Positions 21,077 to 30,336 of a stretch of 64,000 nucleotides of DNA are shown one piece after another (position 1 is the first letter of the stretch; the number at the start of each line of letters is the position of its first letter). The notes below the pieces were generated by a model. The model was given only the letters and a program-made list of their open reading frames with translations. It ran no database searches and was not told the DNA's origin. Both the position numbers and the translations under genes were made by a program. The DNA comes from Bacteroidales bacterium (GTDB taxonomy: Bacteria; Bacteroidota; Bacteroidia; Bacteroidales; UBA12481), in contig JAQUCP010000012.1 of the NCBI GenBank assembly GCA_028686135.1, positions 7,119 to 71,118 on the forward strand, in the 5' to 3' direction.

Positions 21077-22365
21077 TCTATTTGTGTTCCCCGGTAAGTA
21101 GCACGTATGACATCACCAGGCAGGTATCTGTATTTATCAATTTGGATTGTTCCGGGTTCTAGTATCCGGTACACGCCGTAATGCCTAAGGTAACCATCAG
21201 GTCGGGCAATGTGGTAGTAAAGGTATTGTTCTTCGCGGTTGGAGTTACTCTTGACTGGAGACTGTTTTGTAGAAATCGTTACACCATTTTCAGATTTATC
21301 GACTGAAACGGTGACGATGGGTTTAGCGCGTGGGGTGTTTAGTACTCTGGATGCCTTCGGGATGCCAAAACCGTGAGCATAATCGTAATAGGGATACAGA
21401 TGCCCGGCCTGTTCCACCTGGTGTAAAATGTCCATTGCCGTGGCGTCGGGATTCATTTGCCAAAGGCAGGCTGCAAAACCAGTTACCAGGGGAGCTGAAA
21501 AGGAAGTGCCGAACATGATTCGTATCCCCTTTGGACTTAGGGCGGCAACCTTGCCTGGAGCGCTAATGTTCGGTTTACTTCGCTTGTCGGCCGTTGGCCC
21601 GCGAGAGCTGAAATTAGCTACTATGCCGGTTTTGGGGTCAATAGCACCTACACTGAGGATAGAATCCGCATCAGCTGGTGTCCCGAGGTAAAACCACTTA
21701 TTGGCTCCCTCGTTTCCCATTGCGTTGATTATCAGAATGTTATTTTTTGCGGCGTAACTTGCAGCGCGGGAGGAGGGACTAGTTTTTCCATCCAGATCGC
21801 TCAAAAAATAGCGGTGATAGGTGTATCCAAGGGAGGATTGAATAATCTGTGCTCCGTTGGCAATTGCCCATTCCACCGCTTTTCCCCAATTGATCTCTTC
21901 GCGGCGGGGTTCTCCATTCATTTCGGTTCTGGCCAGCAGAAACTCTGCATCAGGAGCAAGACCCAGAGGAGTTCCCTGATAGATGCCGGCAATACAGGAT
22001 AAGACTGCAGTGCCATGAGGATTTCCGGTGTACACATCCTCGCGGTTTCGCACAAAATCCCAAGTTGCTATAATCTGTTTATTATCAAATAGATGCTTTA
22101 ATCCCGGATGAGTATTTGTCCCTGGAAACCCGGCGTCAATGACTGCGATTCTTATCTTTTTCCCAGACAATCCCATGATTCGAAACAATTCGGCATCCAG
22201 GTAATTTAGTTGTTCACGGGCGGTCAGGCTGAGATTGCTGTTCAGGAGAGCTGGCTGTTCATTGCCAGGAGGAGTCTGGCACTTGGCTGAGTTTTCTCTG
22301 ATCGCGGGCAAGAAGGCGGCCAGTGCAACGATGATCCAGGTTATGGGGTGTGCTAGGGTATTCAT
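21058..22365 (-). CDS. S8 family (subtilisin-like) serine peptidase
   Basis: 435 aa; triad motifs AVIDAGF (Asp), NPHGTAVLS (His), GTSFSAPLVTG (Ser); signal peptide. Confidence 0.85.
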   Translation of the reverse strand: MNTLAHPITWIIVALAAFLPAIRENSAKCQTPPGNEQPALLNSNLSLTAREQLNYLDAELFRIMGLSGKKIRIAVIDAGFPGTNTHPGLKHLFDNKQIIATWDFVRNREDVYTGNPHGTAVLSCIAGIYQGTPLGLAPDAEFLLARTEMNGEPRREEINWGKAVEWAIANGAQIIQSSLGYTYHRYFLSDLDGKTSPSSRAASYAAKNNILIINAMGNEGANKWFYLGTPADADSILSVGAIDPKTGIVANFSSRGPTADKRSKPNISAPGKVAALSPKGIRIMFGTSFSAPLVTGFAACLWQMNPDATAMDILHQVEQAGHLYPYYDYAHGFGIPKASRVLNTPRAKPIVTVSVDKSENGVTISTKQSPVKSNSNREEQYLYYHIARPDGYLRHYGVYRILEPGTIQIDKYRYLPGDVIRATYRGTQIEWRATK

Positions 22366-22380
22366 CTAGTAAACTGAGTG

Positions 22381-24054
22381 TTATTGGAGTATGTCCCGGA
22401 TGATATGTCCAACGGATCCTTCCGGTCTGGGAATGTTTAAAATCCTTGACAGAGTTGGTGTAATATCCAGAGGGGTAACCGGTTTATCACAAATGCCGGG
22501 ATTAATTCCCCATCCGTACCATACCATTGGGATATGGCGGTCGTAGGAGTGTGGGCTACCGGAGTCGCTATCTGTATTTTCCTCCTGAATCCAGCCTGGC
22601 TGCAGGATCAAAATCAGATCACCTGTACGGTCGGGGTAAAAAGAGTTTTGAAGCAGGTCGGCCCAAGGTTGTGTTACGGCTCCAGTAACCAGCCTATCAG
22701 CGGGTATGGCTCGTGAAACACCTTCGAAATGGGTTAGAAATCGGGCAGCTTGTTCCTGAATATCGAGAAAAGGAATGTTTTTGCTGTCGATCAGGGTTTC
22801 GTTTAGGTACACCTGAAGGTTAATATAATTCTCGACCCAATCGCCCTCTCCATAAATTGCTGTAAGATAAGAATTTAGAAGAGCCATGGCATTACGATAG
22901 CGAAAATATCCACCAGGAAGTTTAAGTGACTTATTGTAGTCCGGATCGCGGGAAACGCCATGGGTAGAGGTTAAAATGAACAGGCTACTATCCCGGCCAA
23001 CGATTTCCTCCACCTGATGGATCAATCGTTGGATCTCGATATCCAGTCGGAGCAAGGCGTCAGCGACTTCACGCGAATCGGGGCCGAAGAGTAGATTAAG
23101 CTGATGGATTGCCGTAAAGCTGACCCATAAGATATCGGGGTGCTTGTCTGTACCGAGATTTTCTTCCAGCATGGCTGCTTTGGCGAAGTCGGCCACCAGC
23201 GTGTTTCCAAAGGGAACTTTGGTTAGAATCTCAAAATCCTGGCTTAGGCTCTCTTTACGGATGCGGGCCATTTTATAAGGGAAGGTTTTGAATCGGTTAA
23301 AGAATCCTGTTTCAAAGGGATTGTCATCAGGGATGATGATCTCATAGAGATTATCGGCCAGAAGTTGATTCCATTCACGTTCAATATAAATTTCAGCGAT
23401 ATTCCGTTGGTTATAATGGTTCACCCATTGCGGGATCTCTTCCATGTAGTGACTGCTGGTCATCCACTTTCCATTGGCGGAGTTGAACCAGTAGCAGGAA
23501 GATGGTTGATGCCCGGCTAGCAGGACGCTGGATTCGGGCTGGAGTGAAACCGTCACTACTTTGCTACGGTTATTGCTGGCCAGTAAAAGGACATCGTTGA
23601 TGGTAGGGGTCAGCAGATACCTTGGGGAATGCCGTCCGAGCAGAGAAAGTGTTCCAACTGGTCGGGCTGTTTGGTCAGCCGTACAGAACACCTCTTCCCG
23701 GCTGAGGCGATTGTACCACTTAGCGGAAATGATTCCGTGCAGTGCTGGGGTTGATCCGGTAGAAATCGAGGCGTGGGATGATCCGATATCGGCCATCAGG
23801 AAAGGAATGTTGGCATCAGAAAAGGAGAGCCCCTGGGTAACCAATTTTTTGATCCCACCTTCACCGAAAAGGTGCCAGTACCGATCAATCCAGTCGGCTC
23901 GTAACCCATCCACAACTATACCAACGACAAGAGAAGGTGGTTCTTTAGGAAGAACAGGCTGTGCCTTTGTTCCTGCTGGTGAGATCAGGAAGCAGCAGAG
24001 TAGGATAACGTACACCAAGGTATTCAGCTTATGGCTGATATTGTGATAATTCAT
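22381..24054 (-). CDS. alkaline phosphatase superfamily protein (NPP/PafA-like phosphatase or phosphodiesterase)
   Basis: 557 aa; signal peptide; VVGIVVDGLRADW metal-binding Asp motif, SSHASISTGSTPALHGI nucleophile region, TSTHGV. Confidence 0.72.
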   Translation of the reverse strand: MNYHNISHKLNTLVYVILLCCFLISPAGTKAQPVLPKEPPSLVVGIVVDGLRADWIDRYWHLFGEGGIKKLVTQGLSFSDANIPFLMADIGSSHASISTGSTPALHGIISAKWYNRLSREEVFCTADQTARPVGTLSLLGRHSPRYLLTPTINDVLLLASNNRSKVVTVSLQPESSVLLAGHQPSSCYWFNSANGKWMTSSHYMEEIPQWVNHYNQRNIAEIYIEREWNQLLADNLYEIIIPDDNPFETGFFNRFKTFPYKMARIRKESLSQDFEILTKVPFGNTLVADFAKAAMLEENLGTDKHPDILWVSFTAIHQLNLLFGPDSREVADALLRLDIEIQRLIHQVEEIVGRDSSLFILTSTHGVSRDPDYNKSLKLPGGYFRYRNAMALLNSYLTAIYGEGDWVENYINLQVYLNETLIDSKNIPFLDIQEQAARFLTHFEGVSRAIPADRLVTGAVTQPWADLLQNSFYPDRTGDLILILQPGWIQEENTDSDSGSPHSYDRHIPMVWYGWGINPGICDKPVTPLDITPTLSRILNIPRPEGSVGHIIRDILQ

Positions 24055-24069
24055 GGTAAGTGTTGACTG

Positions 24070-25167
24070 TCAGACATTAAAACGGATATGCAGGATGTCC
24101 CCGTCCTCAACAACATAATTTTTCCCTTCGATGTAAAGCTTTCCGGCATCGCGGCAGGCAGCTTCGGATTTTAGGTTGATGAAGTCATTGAATTTCATCA
24201 CTTCTGCCCGAATAAATCCTCGTTGCAGATCTGAATGGATAGCTCCTGCAGCCTCAGGTGCGGTACTGCCTTTTCGGATAGTCCAGGCTTTCACCTCTTT
24301 AGGCCCTGCTGTAAAGAAGACCTCAAGATTCAGGATTGAAAAAGCCGACCGGATCAGTTTATTTACACCGGGTTCTTCCAGTCCGATGGCTGCCAGAAAA
24401 GCTTCGCGATCTTGTTGATCTTCCAGTTCGGTAATCTCCGACTCAGCCTTGGCTGCGATAGTCAGGACTTCGGCTTTCTCATCGCCCAGCGACTGGGTAA
24501 ATCTTTGGGAATAGTGGTTGCCGTTGACAGCGGACGACTCATCCACGTTACAGACGTAGATGACTGGTTTGGCTGTTAACAACATGAGGTCGGCGATCGA
24601 CTCTTCTTCCTCTGGATCTAGGTTTAACGTTCTGACATTCTGGAAGTTCTCGATGTGTTTTTTTATCGTAGTAACGACTTCAAGTCCTTTTTTTGCACTC
24701 TTTTCACCGACACGAGCTGCTTTTTCCAGTTTTTGGATTCTCTTTTCAATTGATTCGAGATCTTTAACTTGGAGCTCAAGGTCGATAGTTTCACGATCCC
24801 GAACGGGGTCGATAGTCTGATCAATGTGAGGAAGATTGGGGTCGTCGAAACAACGGACGACATGGATCAGGGCGTCACAGTTCCGAATATCCGAGAGGAA
24901 GCTGTTGCCCACTCCTTCGCCTTTTGATGATCCTTTTGCCAGTCCCGGAATATCGATAATATCGACTGTGGTAGGAACTACTTTGGCCGAATGAATCAGA
25001 TCATCGATCATTTGGAGACGGTTGTCGGGTACTTTAACCTGGCCTAGGTTCGACCGGTTAGTGCTGAAAGCGAAGCTGGAGGTTGGAACTTTGGTATCGG
25101 AGATGCAGTTAAACAGTGTTGTTTTGCCAGTATTTGTGATCCCGATGATTCCGCATTTAAGGCCCAT
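24070..25167 (-). CDS. ychF: redox-regulated ATPase YchF
   Basis: 365 aa; P-loop GIIGITNTGKTTLFN; C-terminal YchF domain ending VEDGDILHIRFNV. Confidence 0.95.
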   Translation of the reverse strand: MGLKCGIIGITNTGKTTLFNCISDTKVPTSSFAFSTNRSNLGQVKVPDNRLQMIDDLIHSAKVVPTTVDIIDIPGLAKGSSKGEGVGNSFLSDIRNCDALIHVVRCFDDPNLPHIDQTIDPVRDRETIDLELQVKDLESIEKRIQKLEKAARVGEKSAKKGLEVVTTIKKHIENFQNVRTLNLDPEEEESIADLMLLTAKPVIYVCNVDESSAVNGNHYSQRFTQSLGDEKAEVLTIAAKAESEITELEDQQDREAFLAAIGLEEPGVNKLIRSAFSILNLEVFFTAGPKEVKAWTIRKGSTAPEAAGAIHSDLQRGFIRAEVMKFNDFINLKSEAACRDAGKLYIEGKNYVVEDGDILHIRFNV

Positions 25168-25186
25168 AAGAGGTTTCTTTAGTCAG

Positions 25187-25194
25187 CAAAGGTA
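25187..25194 (-). promoter_or_regulatory. Bacteroidota -7 promoter box (TACCTTTG) for ychF
   Basis: Exact TAnnTTTG on the minus strand, 19 nt upstream of ATG 25167. Confidence 0.45.
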
Positions 25195-25246
25195 AAAAAA
25201 AGTGCTATTTTCGCTGAGTCCCTCACCAATCATTGATTTGCTATTC

Positions 25247-27289
25247 ATGAACAACGAGACAGTTAAACGGGCTGCGGATCAGATCCGCATTTTATCAGCT
25301 GCGATGGTAGAAAAGGCCAAGTCGGGTCATCCCGGTGGTGCCATGGGAGGAGCTGATTACATTCAAATTCTTTTTTCGGAGTTTTTAACCTTTGATCCCG
25401 ATGATTCGGGTTGGAAGTTTCGCGATCGTTTCTTCTTGGATCCGGGGCACATGTCACCGATGCTTTATTCGGTGTTGAGTCTATGTGGGAAGTATACAAT
25501 GGACGATCTGAAAGCATTCAGGCAGTGGGGAAGTGTTACTCCCGGTCACCCGGAGCTGGATGTCAATCGTGGGGTAGAGAATACCAGTGGGCCGCTGGGT
25601 CAGGGCCACGCGATGGCAGTAGGAGCCGCCATCGCTGCCCGTTTCCTGGAATCGCGGTTTGGCGAATGGACGGCTCACAAGATCTATTCGTTCATTTCCG
25701 ATGGCGGTATTCAGGAGGAGATTTCTCAGGGGGCTGGCCGTGTTGCCGGGTTCTTGGGATTGAGTAACCTCATTCTTTTCTATGACTCAAATGATATTCA
25801 GTTATCAACTTCTACTTCGGCGGTTACTCGTGAGGATACTGCGATGAAGTATCAATCATGGGGCTGGAGAACCATCACCATTAACGGGCATGATGCTGAT
25901 GAGATCCGGAGTGCCCTGCTGGAGGCGGTCACCGAGCGGGAGCGACCGGTGCTGATCATTGGGAAGACGGTGATGGGCAAAGGTTGCATAAATCCAGCAG
26001 GAGAATCCTTTGAAGGGATGAGCTCAACTCACGGACAGCCTATCTCAAAGGCAGGTGCTTCTTTCGAGCAGACAATTGTCAATTTGGGTGGTAATCCGGA
26101 AGATCCTTTTGCCATTTTCCCGGATGTGGCGGGGTATTATGAGGCTGTTTTACGGGCCAAGCGAGATAAAGCTATTGAAAGGAAGCAGATTGAGGCGGAG
26201 TGGAAGCAGGAGAATCCGGAAGCCTGGGATAAGCTGCAAAGCTTTTTCAACGAGGAGTTGCCTGCGGTTGACTGGGGTTCTATTGATTTCAAGCCAGGTT
26301 TGTCAACCCGTGAAGCCTCCGGCGCAGTTCTTTCGCATTTTGCGGAACATATTGATAATATGGTTGTTATGTCGGCTGATCTGGCTAATTCCGACAAGAC
26401 TGATGGCTTTCTGAAAAAGACCCATCCTTTCGGATATCAGGATTTTCGCGGAGCTTTTCTTCATGTGGGAGTCTCTGAGCTGACCATGGGTGCGCTGGCT
26501 AACGGCATGGCACTTCATGGCGGTGTCGTGCCGGTATGCGGGACATTTTTTGTTTTTTCTGATTATATGAAACCGGCTGTTAGGATGGCTGCGCTGATGG
26601 AGTTGCCGATCATTTATCTGTGGACTCATGATGCCTTTAGGGTGGGTGAGGATGGTCCCACTCACCAGCCAGTAGAGCAGGAGGCTCAGATCAGGCTGAT
26701 GGAGAAGCTCAGAAACCACTCCGGTCATCCCTCGATGCTGGTGCTTCGGCCTGCCGATTCAGCTGAAACGGTCGTTGCCTGGAGTATGGCTCTCGAAAAT
26801 CGCCATCGTCCTACGGCACTTTTATTATCGCGGCAGGGCATACATGATCTGCCACCTCAAAATGCTACTGAACGCTTGAATCAGGCTGCTAAAGCAAAAA
26901 TGGGAGGTTATGTGGTATTGAAAAATGGTGCTAATCCAGTCATTACCCTCCTTGGCAATGGCTCCGAAGTGGCCACACTCGTGGAAGCAGCAGATGTGCT
27001 ACTGAACGAGCATGGAGTCTCAAGCCAGGTGGTTTCCATCCCTTCGGAAAGTCTATTTCTTGCCCAGAGTCCTGATTATCAGAAGACTGTGATTCCAGAA
27101 GAAATCCCAGTTTTTGCGTTGACTGCCGGATTACCGGTGACAATGGAGAAGTTAGCTGGTTCTGGAGGATTTGTTTGGGGGCTCGATCACTTTGGTTATT
27201 CAGCGCCGGCAGGAGTTCTGGATCAAAAGTTTGGATTCACAGCAATCAATGTGGTTTCGCAGGTATGCGGAATGCTTGGAATTAATTAA
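25247..27289 (+). CDS. tkt: transketolase
   Basis: 680 aa from ATG 25247 (MNNETVKRAADQIR); GHPGGAMGGAD, SDGGIQEEIS, THDAFRVGEDGPTHQPVEQ. Confidence 0.93.
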   Translation: MNNETVKRAADQIRILSAAMVEKAKSGHPGGAMGGADYIQILFSEFLTFDPDDSGWKFRDRFFLDPGHMSPMLYSVLSLCGKYTMDDLKAFRQWGSVTPGHPELDVNRGVENTSGPLGQGHAMAVGAAIAARFLESRFGEWTAHKIYSFISDGGIQEEISQGAGRVAGFLGLSNLILFYDSNDIQLSTSTSAVTREDTAMKYQSWGWRTITINGHDADEIRSALLEAVTERERPVLIIGKTVMGKGCINPAGESFEGMSSTHGQPISKAGASFEQTIVNLGGNPEDPFAIFPDVAGYYEAVLRAKRDKAIERKQIEAEWKQENPEAWDKLQSFFNEELPAVDWGSIDFKPGLSTREASGAVLSHFAEHIDNMVVMSADLANSDKTDGFLKKTHPFGYQDFRGAFLHVGVSELTMGALANGMALHGGVVPVCGTFFVFSDYMKPAVRMAALMELPIIYLWTHDAFRVGEDGPTHQPVEQEAQIRLMEKLRNHSGHPSMLVLRPADSAETVVAWSMALENRHRPTALLLSRQGIHDLPPQNATERLNQAAKAKMGGYVVLKNGANPVITLLGNGSEVATLVEAADVLLNEHGVSSQVVSIPSESLFLAQSPDYQKTVIPEEIPVFALTAGLPVTMEKLAGSGGFVWGLDHFGYSAPAGVLDQKFGFTAINVVSQVCGMLGIN

Positions 27290-27308
27290 AAACAAACAGA
27301 TAAGTTTA

Positions 27309-27860
27309 ATGGCTTTCCCGGACGACAAAGAACTTTTGAGGAGTTACCGCGAATCGGGACGGCCGGAGTACTATTTTGGGATTATCCTGGAGAAATATCA
27401 GCAAAAACTCTACTGGTATATTCGCAGGATGGTGATTAATCATGAGGATGCCGATGATGTGCTTCAGAATACATTTGTCAAGGTTTGGAGGGGATTGCCG
27501 GCATTCAGGGAGGGTAGCGGGTTATTTACTTGGATGTACAGAATTGCTACTAATGAGGCCTTGACATTTCTGAAAAGTCGACAGAAAAGGCGCAAGAGGG
27601 AGATGGACGATCCGGAAGGGAGGATCGTGGAGGGATTGCACAGTGATCCTGAATTTAGTGGTGACGAGCTCTATCAGAAATTATTGATTGCGATTGAGCA
27701 GTTACCAACGAAGCAGCAGCAGGTTTTCCGTTTGCGCTATTTTGAAGAGATGCCTTATGAAGATATGTCGACGGTTTTGGATACCTCGGTCGGGGCATTG
27801 AAGGCATCCTATCATCACGCAGCAAAGAAAATTCAATCAGCCATTTTGGACGGAGATTAA
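27309..27860 (+). CDS. RNA polymerase ECF-type sigma-70 factor
   Basis: 183 aa from ATG 27309; region 2 (DADDVLQNTFVKVW, YRIATNEAL) and region 4 (LPTKQQQVFRLRYFEEMPYEDMS). Confidence 0.85.
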   Translation: MAFPDDKELLRSYRESGRPEYYFGIILEKYQQKLYWYIRRMVINHEDADDVLQNTFVKVWRGLPAFREGSGLFTWMYRIATNEALTFLKSRQKRRKREMDDPEGRIVEGLHSDPEFSGDELYQKLLIAIEQLPTKQQQVFRLRYFEEMPYEDMSTVLDTSVGALKASYHHAAKKIQSAILDGD

Positions 27861-27903
27861 ACCTCTACGGACAGGTGGCGTCTAACTGGCGAAAGAATTA
27901 GGA

Positions 27904-28359
27904 ATGGATAAGCACAACACTATTTTGGACAATGAGCGGCTCAAAAAGCAGCATTTGTCGGTACCGGAAGGCTATTTCGACGAGTTGCCAGGTCGGGTGA
28001 TGGCGCGAATCCGTCAGGAGAGTGTTCGGCCGATACCTTACCAACGAAGACGATTGATCCAACCCTGGATGGCTTGGGTGAGTGCCGCAGCTGTGGTTAT
28101 TCTCGTTGCCTGGCTGGGAATCAGGACAATCAACCGTGTTCCCGCTCAGGATGACTTGCTGGCAGATAAAATGCAATTTATGATTGAGTTTTACGGTCAA
28201 GACCTGAATGAGGCTATCCTGGCTGGATACTTGGAGGATCAGGACATTCAGCTCTCAACAAATGTTAATCAGGATGCTCAGGATTTGATATTCTATCACC
28301 CCGATCAGGTGGAAAGCTTGCTCTATGAGTCGATCCTTGAAAAAAATCCGAAACAATGA
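27904..28359 (+). CDS. putative anti-sigma factor (single-pass membrane protein)
   Basis: 151 aa; one TM helix WMAWVSAAAVVILVAWLGI; immediately downstream of the ECF sigma; no domain recognised. Confidence 0.45.
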   Translation: MDKHNTILDNERLKKQHLSVPEGYFDELPGRVMARIRQESVRPIPYQRRRLIQPWMAWVSAAAVVILVAWLGIRTINRVPAQDDLLADKMQFMIEFYGQDLNEAILAGYLEDQDIQLSTNVNQDAQDLIFYHPDQVESLLYESILEKNPKQ

Positions 28360-28868
28360 AAAGAGTAATCATCACAACCTTAGCGTTGGTCGTCTTGACC
28401 ACCCTGACACTTGGCCAAGAGAAAAGGCCGCGCTTTCGTGCCAACATGGAGTTAATGAGGTCGGAACGAGTCTCTTTTCTGACCAATAAATTACAATTGA
28501 CCGTTGATGAGGCAGAGAAGTTTTGGCCACTTTATAATGAGTATCAGAAAAAGCGCGAAGAGTTGTTTTTTGCCAGGCAAAAGATGATGCCTCGAAATTT
28601 CGATCCTGCAAAAGCTACCGACAAAGATCTCGAAGAGATGCTCAACAACATGCTGGATGAAGATGTAAAACTAGCGGAGCTTAAACGGGAGTACTTTTTG
28701 AAGATCAGAGAGGCTCTTCCAGTGCGAAAGGTTCTGATGCTTCATCGTGCGGAACAGGAGTTTATGAACCATCTTTTAAACCGTATACACGAAGGTGGTT
28801 CCCCCGGTGGTGGCGATCGATCGGGGCGAGATTTCCCAACTAAAAGTCCGTTGCCTGAAACTCGTTGA
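28356..28868 (+). CDS. periplasmic Spy/CpxP-like helical protein associated with ECF sigma modules
   Basis: 170 aa; signal peptide; LQLTVDEAEKFWPLYNEY (LTxxQ/E-like); ATGA overlap with the upstream gene. Confidence 0.5.
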   Translation: MKRVIITTLALVVLTTLTLGQEKRPRFRANMELMRSERVSFLTNKLQLTVDEAEKFWPLYNEYQKKREELFFARQKMMPRNFDPAKATDKDLEEMLNNMLDEDVKLAELKREYFLKIREALPVRKVLMLHRAEQEFMNHLLNRIHEGGSPGGGDRSGRDFPTKSPLPETR

Positions 28869-30336
28869 GGAAATCAGCCGAAGACTGTATCAATGGATAA
28901 AGAATTTGGTCCTGTTCAACGAATGGGACCTTTTTTCTATACTCCATGACGACCTTCTCGAGAGTGGGAGATGTGTGGGCAGGTCTTCTAAACTCCAGAG
29001 CTTGAGCGGCATTCATGAGTTCAATCCCTAGAATCGTTCGTAGATTAATGATAATCTTGTACGTTTTTGTGGCAGCGTTGGCGCCCATGCTGACATGATC
29101 CTCCTGGCCGTTTGAAGAGACGATGGAGTCGACCGAAGCAGGTGTAGCCAGTTGCTTGTTTTGGCTGACCAGGGAGGCTGCGGTGTACTGAGGGATCATG
29201 AATCCAGAGTTTAGACCAGGATTAGCCACCAGAAAAGCGGGAAGTTCTCTGGATCCTGACAGTAGCTGGAAGGTTCTCCGTTCGGAAATGTTGCCTAGCT
29301 CGGCAAGAGCGATGCCCAAGAGGTCGAGCGCAAGAGCCAACGGCTGTCCGTGAAAATTACCAGCGCTTATCACCTGCTCCTGCTCCGGGAAAATGGTCGG
29401 ATTATCGGTCACCGCATTAATCTCCCGCGAAAAAACCTGAGCGACATACTGGATCGCGTCATAGGTGGCACCATGAACCTGAGGAATACAGCGAAATGAG
29501 TAAGGATCCTGAACCTGTACTTTTGGAAGGCTCATTAATTCACTGTTTTTTAGGTAATTGCTGATTGCTCGAGCACAATCTGCCTGGCCAGGATGCGGAC
29601 GAATTTCTTGTATCATCGGATTGAACGGTTCGATACGTCCGTCGAATGAGTCGAGTGACAGTGCCCCAGCCAGGTTAGCCCAGTTGTAGAGCCTGACCGC
29701 CTGATTAAGGCACCAGATTCCGTATGCGCTCATGAACTGGGTGCCATTCAAAAGAGCCAGTCCTTCTTTTGATTGGAGCTGAACAGGGTCAAGACCTTTT
29801 TCTGCGAGTAATTCTGCAGCAGGTCTTTTTTCCCCTTCAAACCAGACTTCTCCTTCACCAATCAAGGGTAAGGCGAGGTGAGCCAGCGGAGCAAGATCGC
29901 CGGAGGCACCCAGCGAACCTTCCTGATAGACCACCGGAAGGATATCGTGATTAAACAGGTCGATTAGTCTGAGAACGGTTAACAGCTGGACTCCGGAATT
30001 TCCGTAGGAGAGCGACTGGATTTTAAGCAGAAGCATCAACCGGATAATTTCTTCTGGCACAGGCTGACCTGTACCGCAGGCATGAGAGCGTACGAGATTA
30101 ACCTGTAATTGATGAAGTTCATGCTTTGATACCGAAGTGTTATGCAGTGCTCCGAAACCAGTGGTAACTCCATATATTGGCCTGTCGTCCAGTTTGATGC
30201 GTCGATCGAGGTACTCCCGGCAATGCACAATCCGCTTTCTTGATTCTTCGGACAATTCGAGCTTGTATCTATTGTCCATGATCTCCCGGATGATTTCCGG
30301 TGTCAGTCGTTTTGGACTGATCTGATGAATGTTCAT
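28840..30336 (-). CDS. hutH: histidine ammonia-lyase
   Basis: 498 aa; MIO-forming GASGDLAPLAHL; Ser-His selectivity pair in LVRSHACGTG. Confidence 0.85.
   Translation of the reverse strand: MNIHQISPKRLTPEIIREIMDNRYKLELSEESRKRIVHCREYLDRRIKLDDRPIYGVTTGFGALHNTSVSKHELHQLQVNLVRSHACGTGQPVPEEIIRLMLLLKIQSLSYGNSGVQLLTVLRLIDLFNHDILPVVYQEGSLGASGDLAPLAHLALPLIGEGEVWFEGEKRPAAELLAEKGLDPVQLQSKEGLALLNGTQFMSAYGIWCLNQAVRLYNWANLAGALSLDSFDGRIEPFNPMIQEIRPHPGQADCARAISNYLKNSELMSLPKVQVQDPYSFRCIPQVHGATYDAIQYVAQVFSREINAVTDNPTIFPEQEQVISAGNFHGQPLALALDLLGIALAELGNISERRTFQLLSGSRELPAFLVANPGLNSGFMIPQYTAASLVSQNKQLATPASVDSIVSSNGQEDHVSMGANAATKTYKIIINLRTILGIELMNAAQALEFRRPAHTSPTLEKVVMEYRKKVPFVEQDQILYPLIQSSADFLNEFQATDF

Noticed and set aside
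23561-24046. 161-aa plus-strand ORF inside the phosphatase gene
   Set aside because: It is antisense to a CDS with clear AP-superfamily motifs and has no independent support.
25202-25246. N-terminal extension of the transketolase ORF in the track (GTG 25202)
   Set aside because: The conserved transketolase N-terminus begins at MNNETVKRAADQ (ATG 25247), and the extension would run into the ychF promoter region. The same logic was applied to 27171 (sigma), 33152 (ALDH), 43632 (prs), 45533 (udk), 47775 (CBS), 49509 (barrel protein), 50188 (uppS), 3818 (rplF), 17872 (HU), 19681 (gldD) and 33249 (Tyr-rich protein).
28840-30336. Possibility that the ammonia-lyase is a tyrosine ammonia-lyase (for example for flexirubin-type pigments)
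   Set aside because: The selectivity position reads Ser-His (RSHACGTG), as recalled for histidine ammonia-lyases, not His-Leu. No polyketide or pigment genes are nearby. This remains testable.
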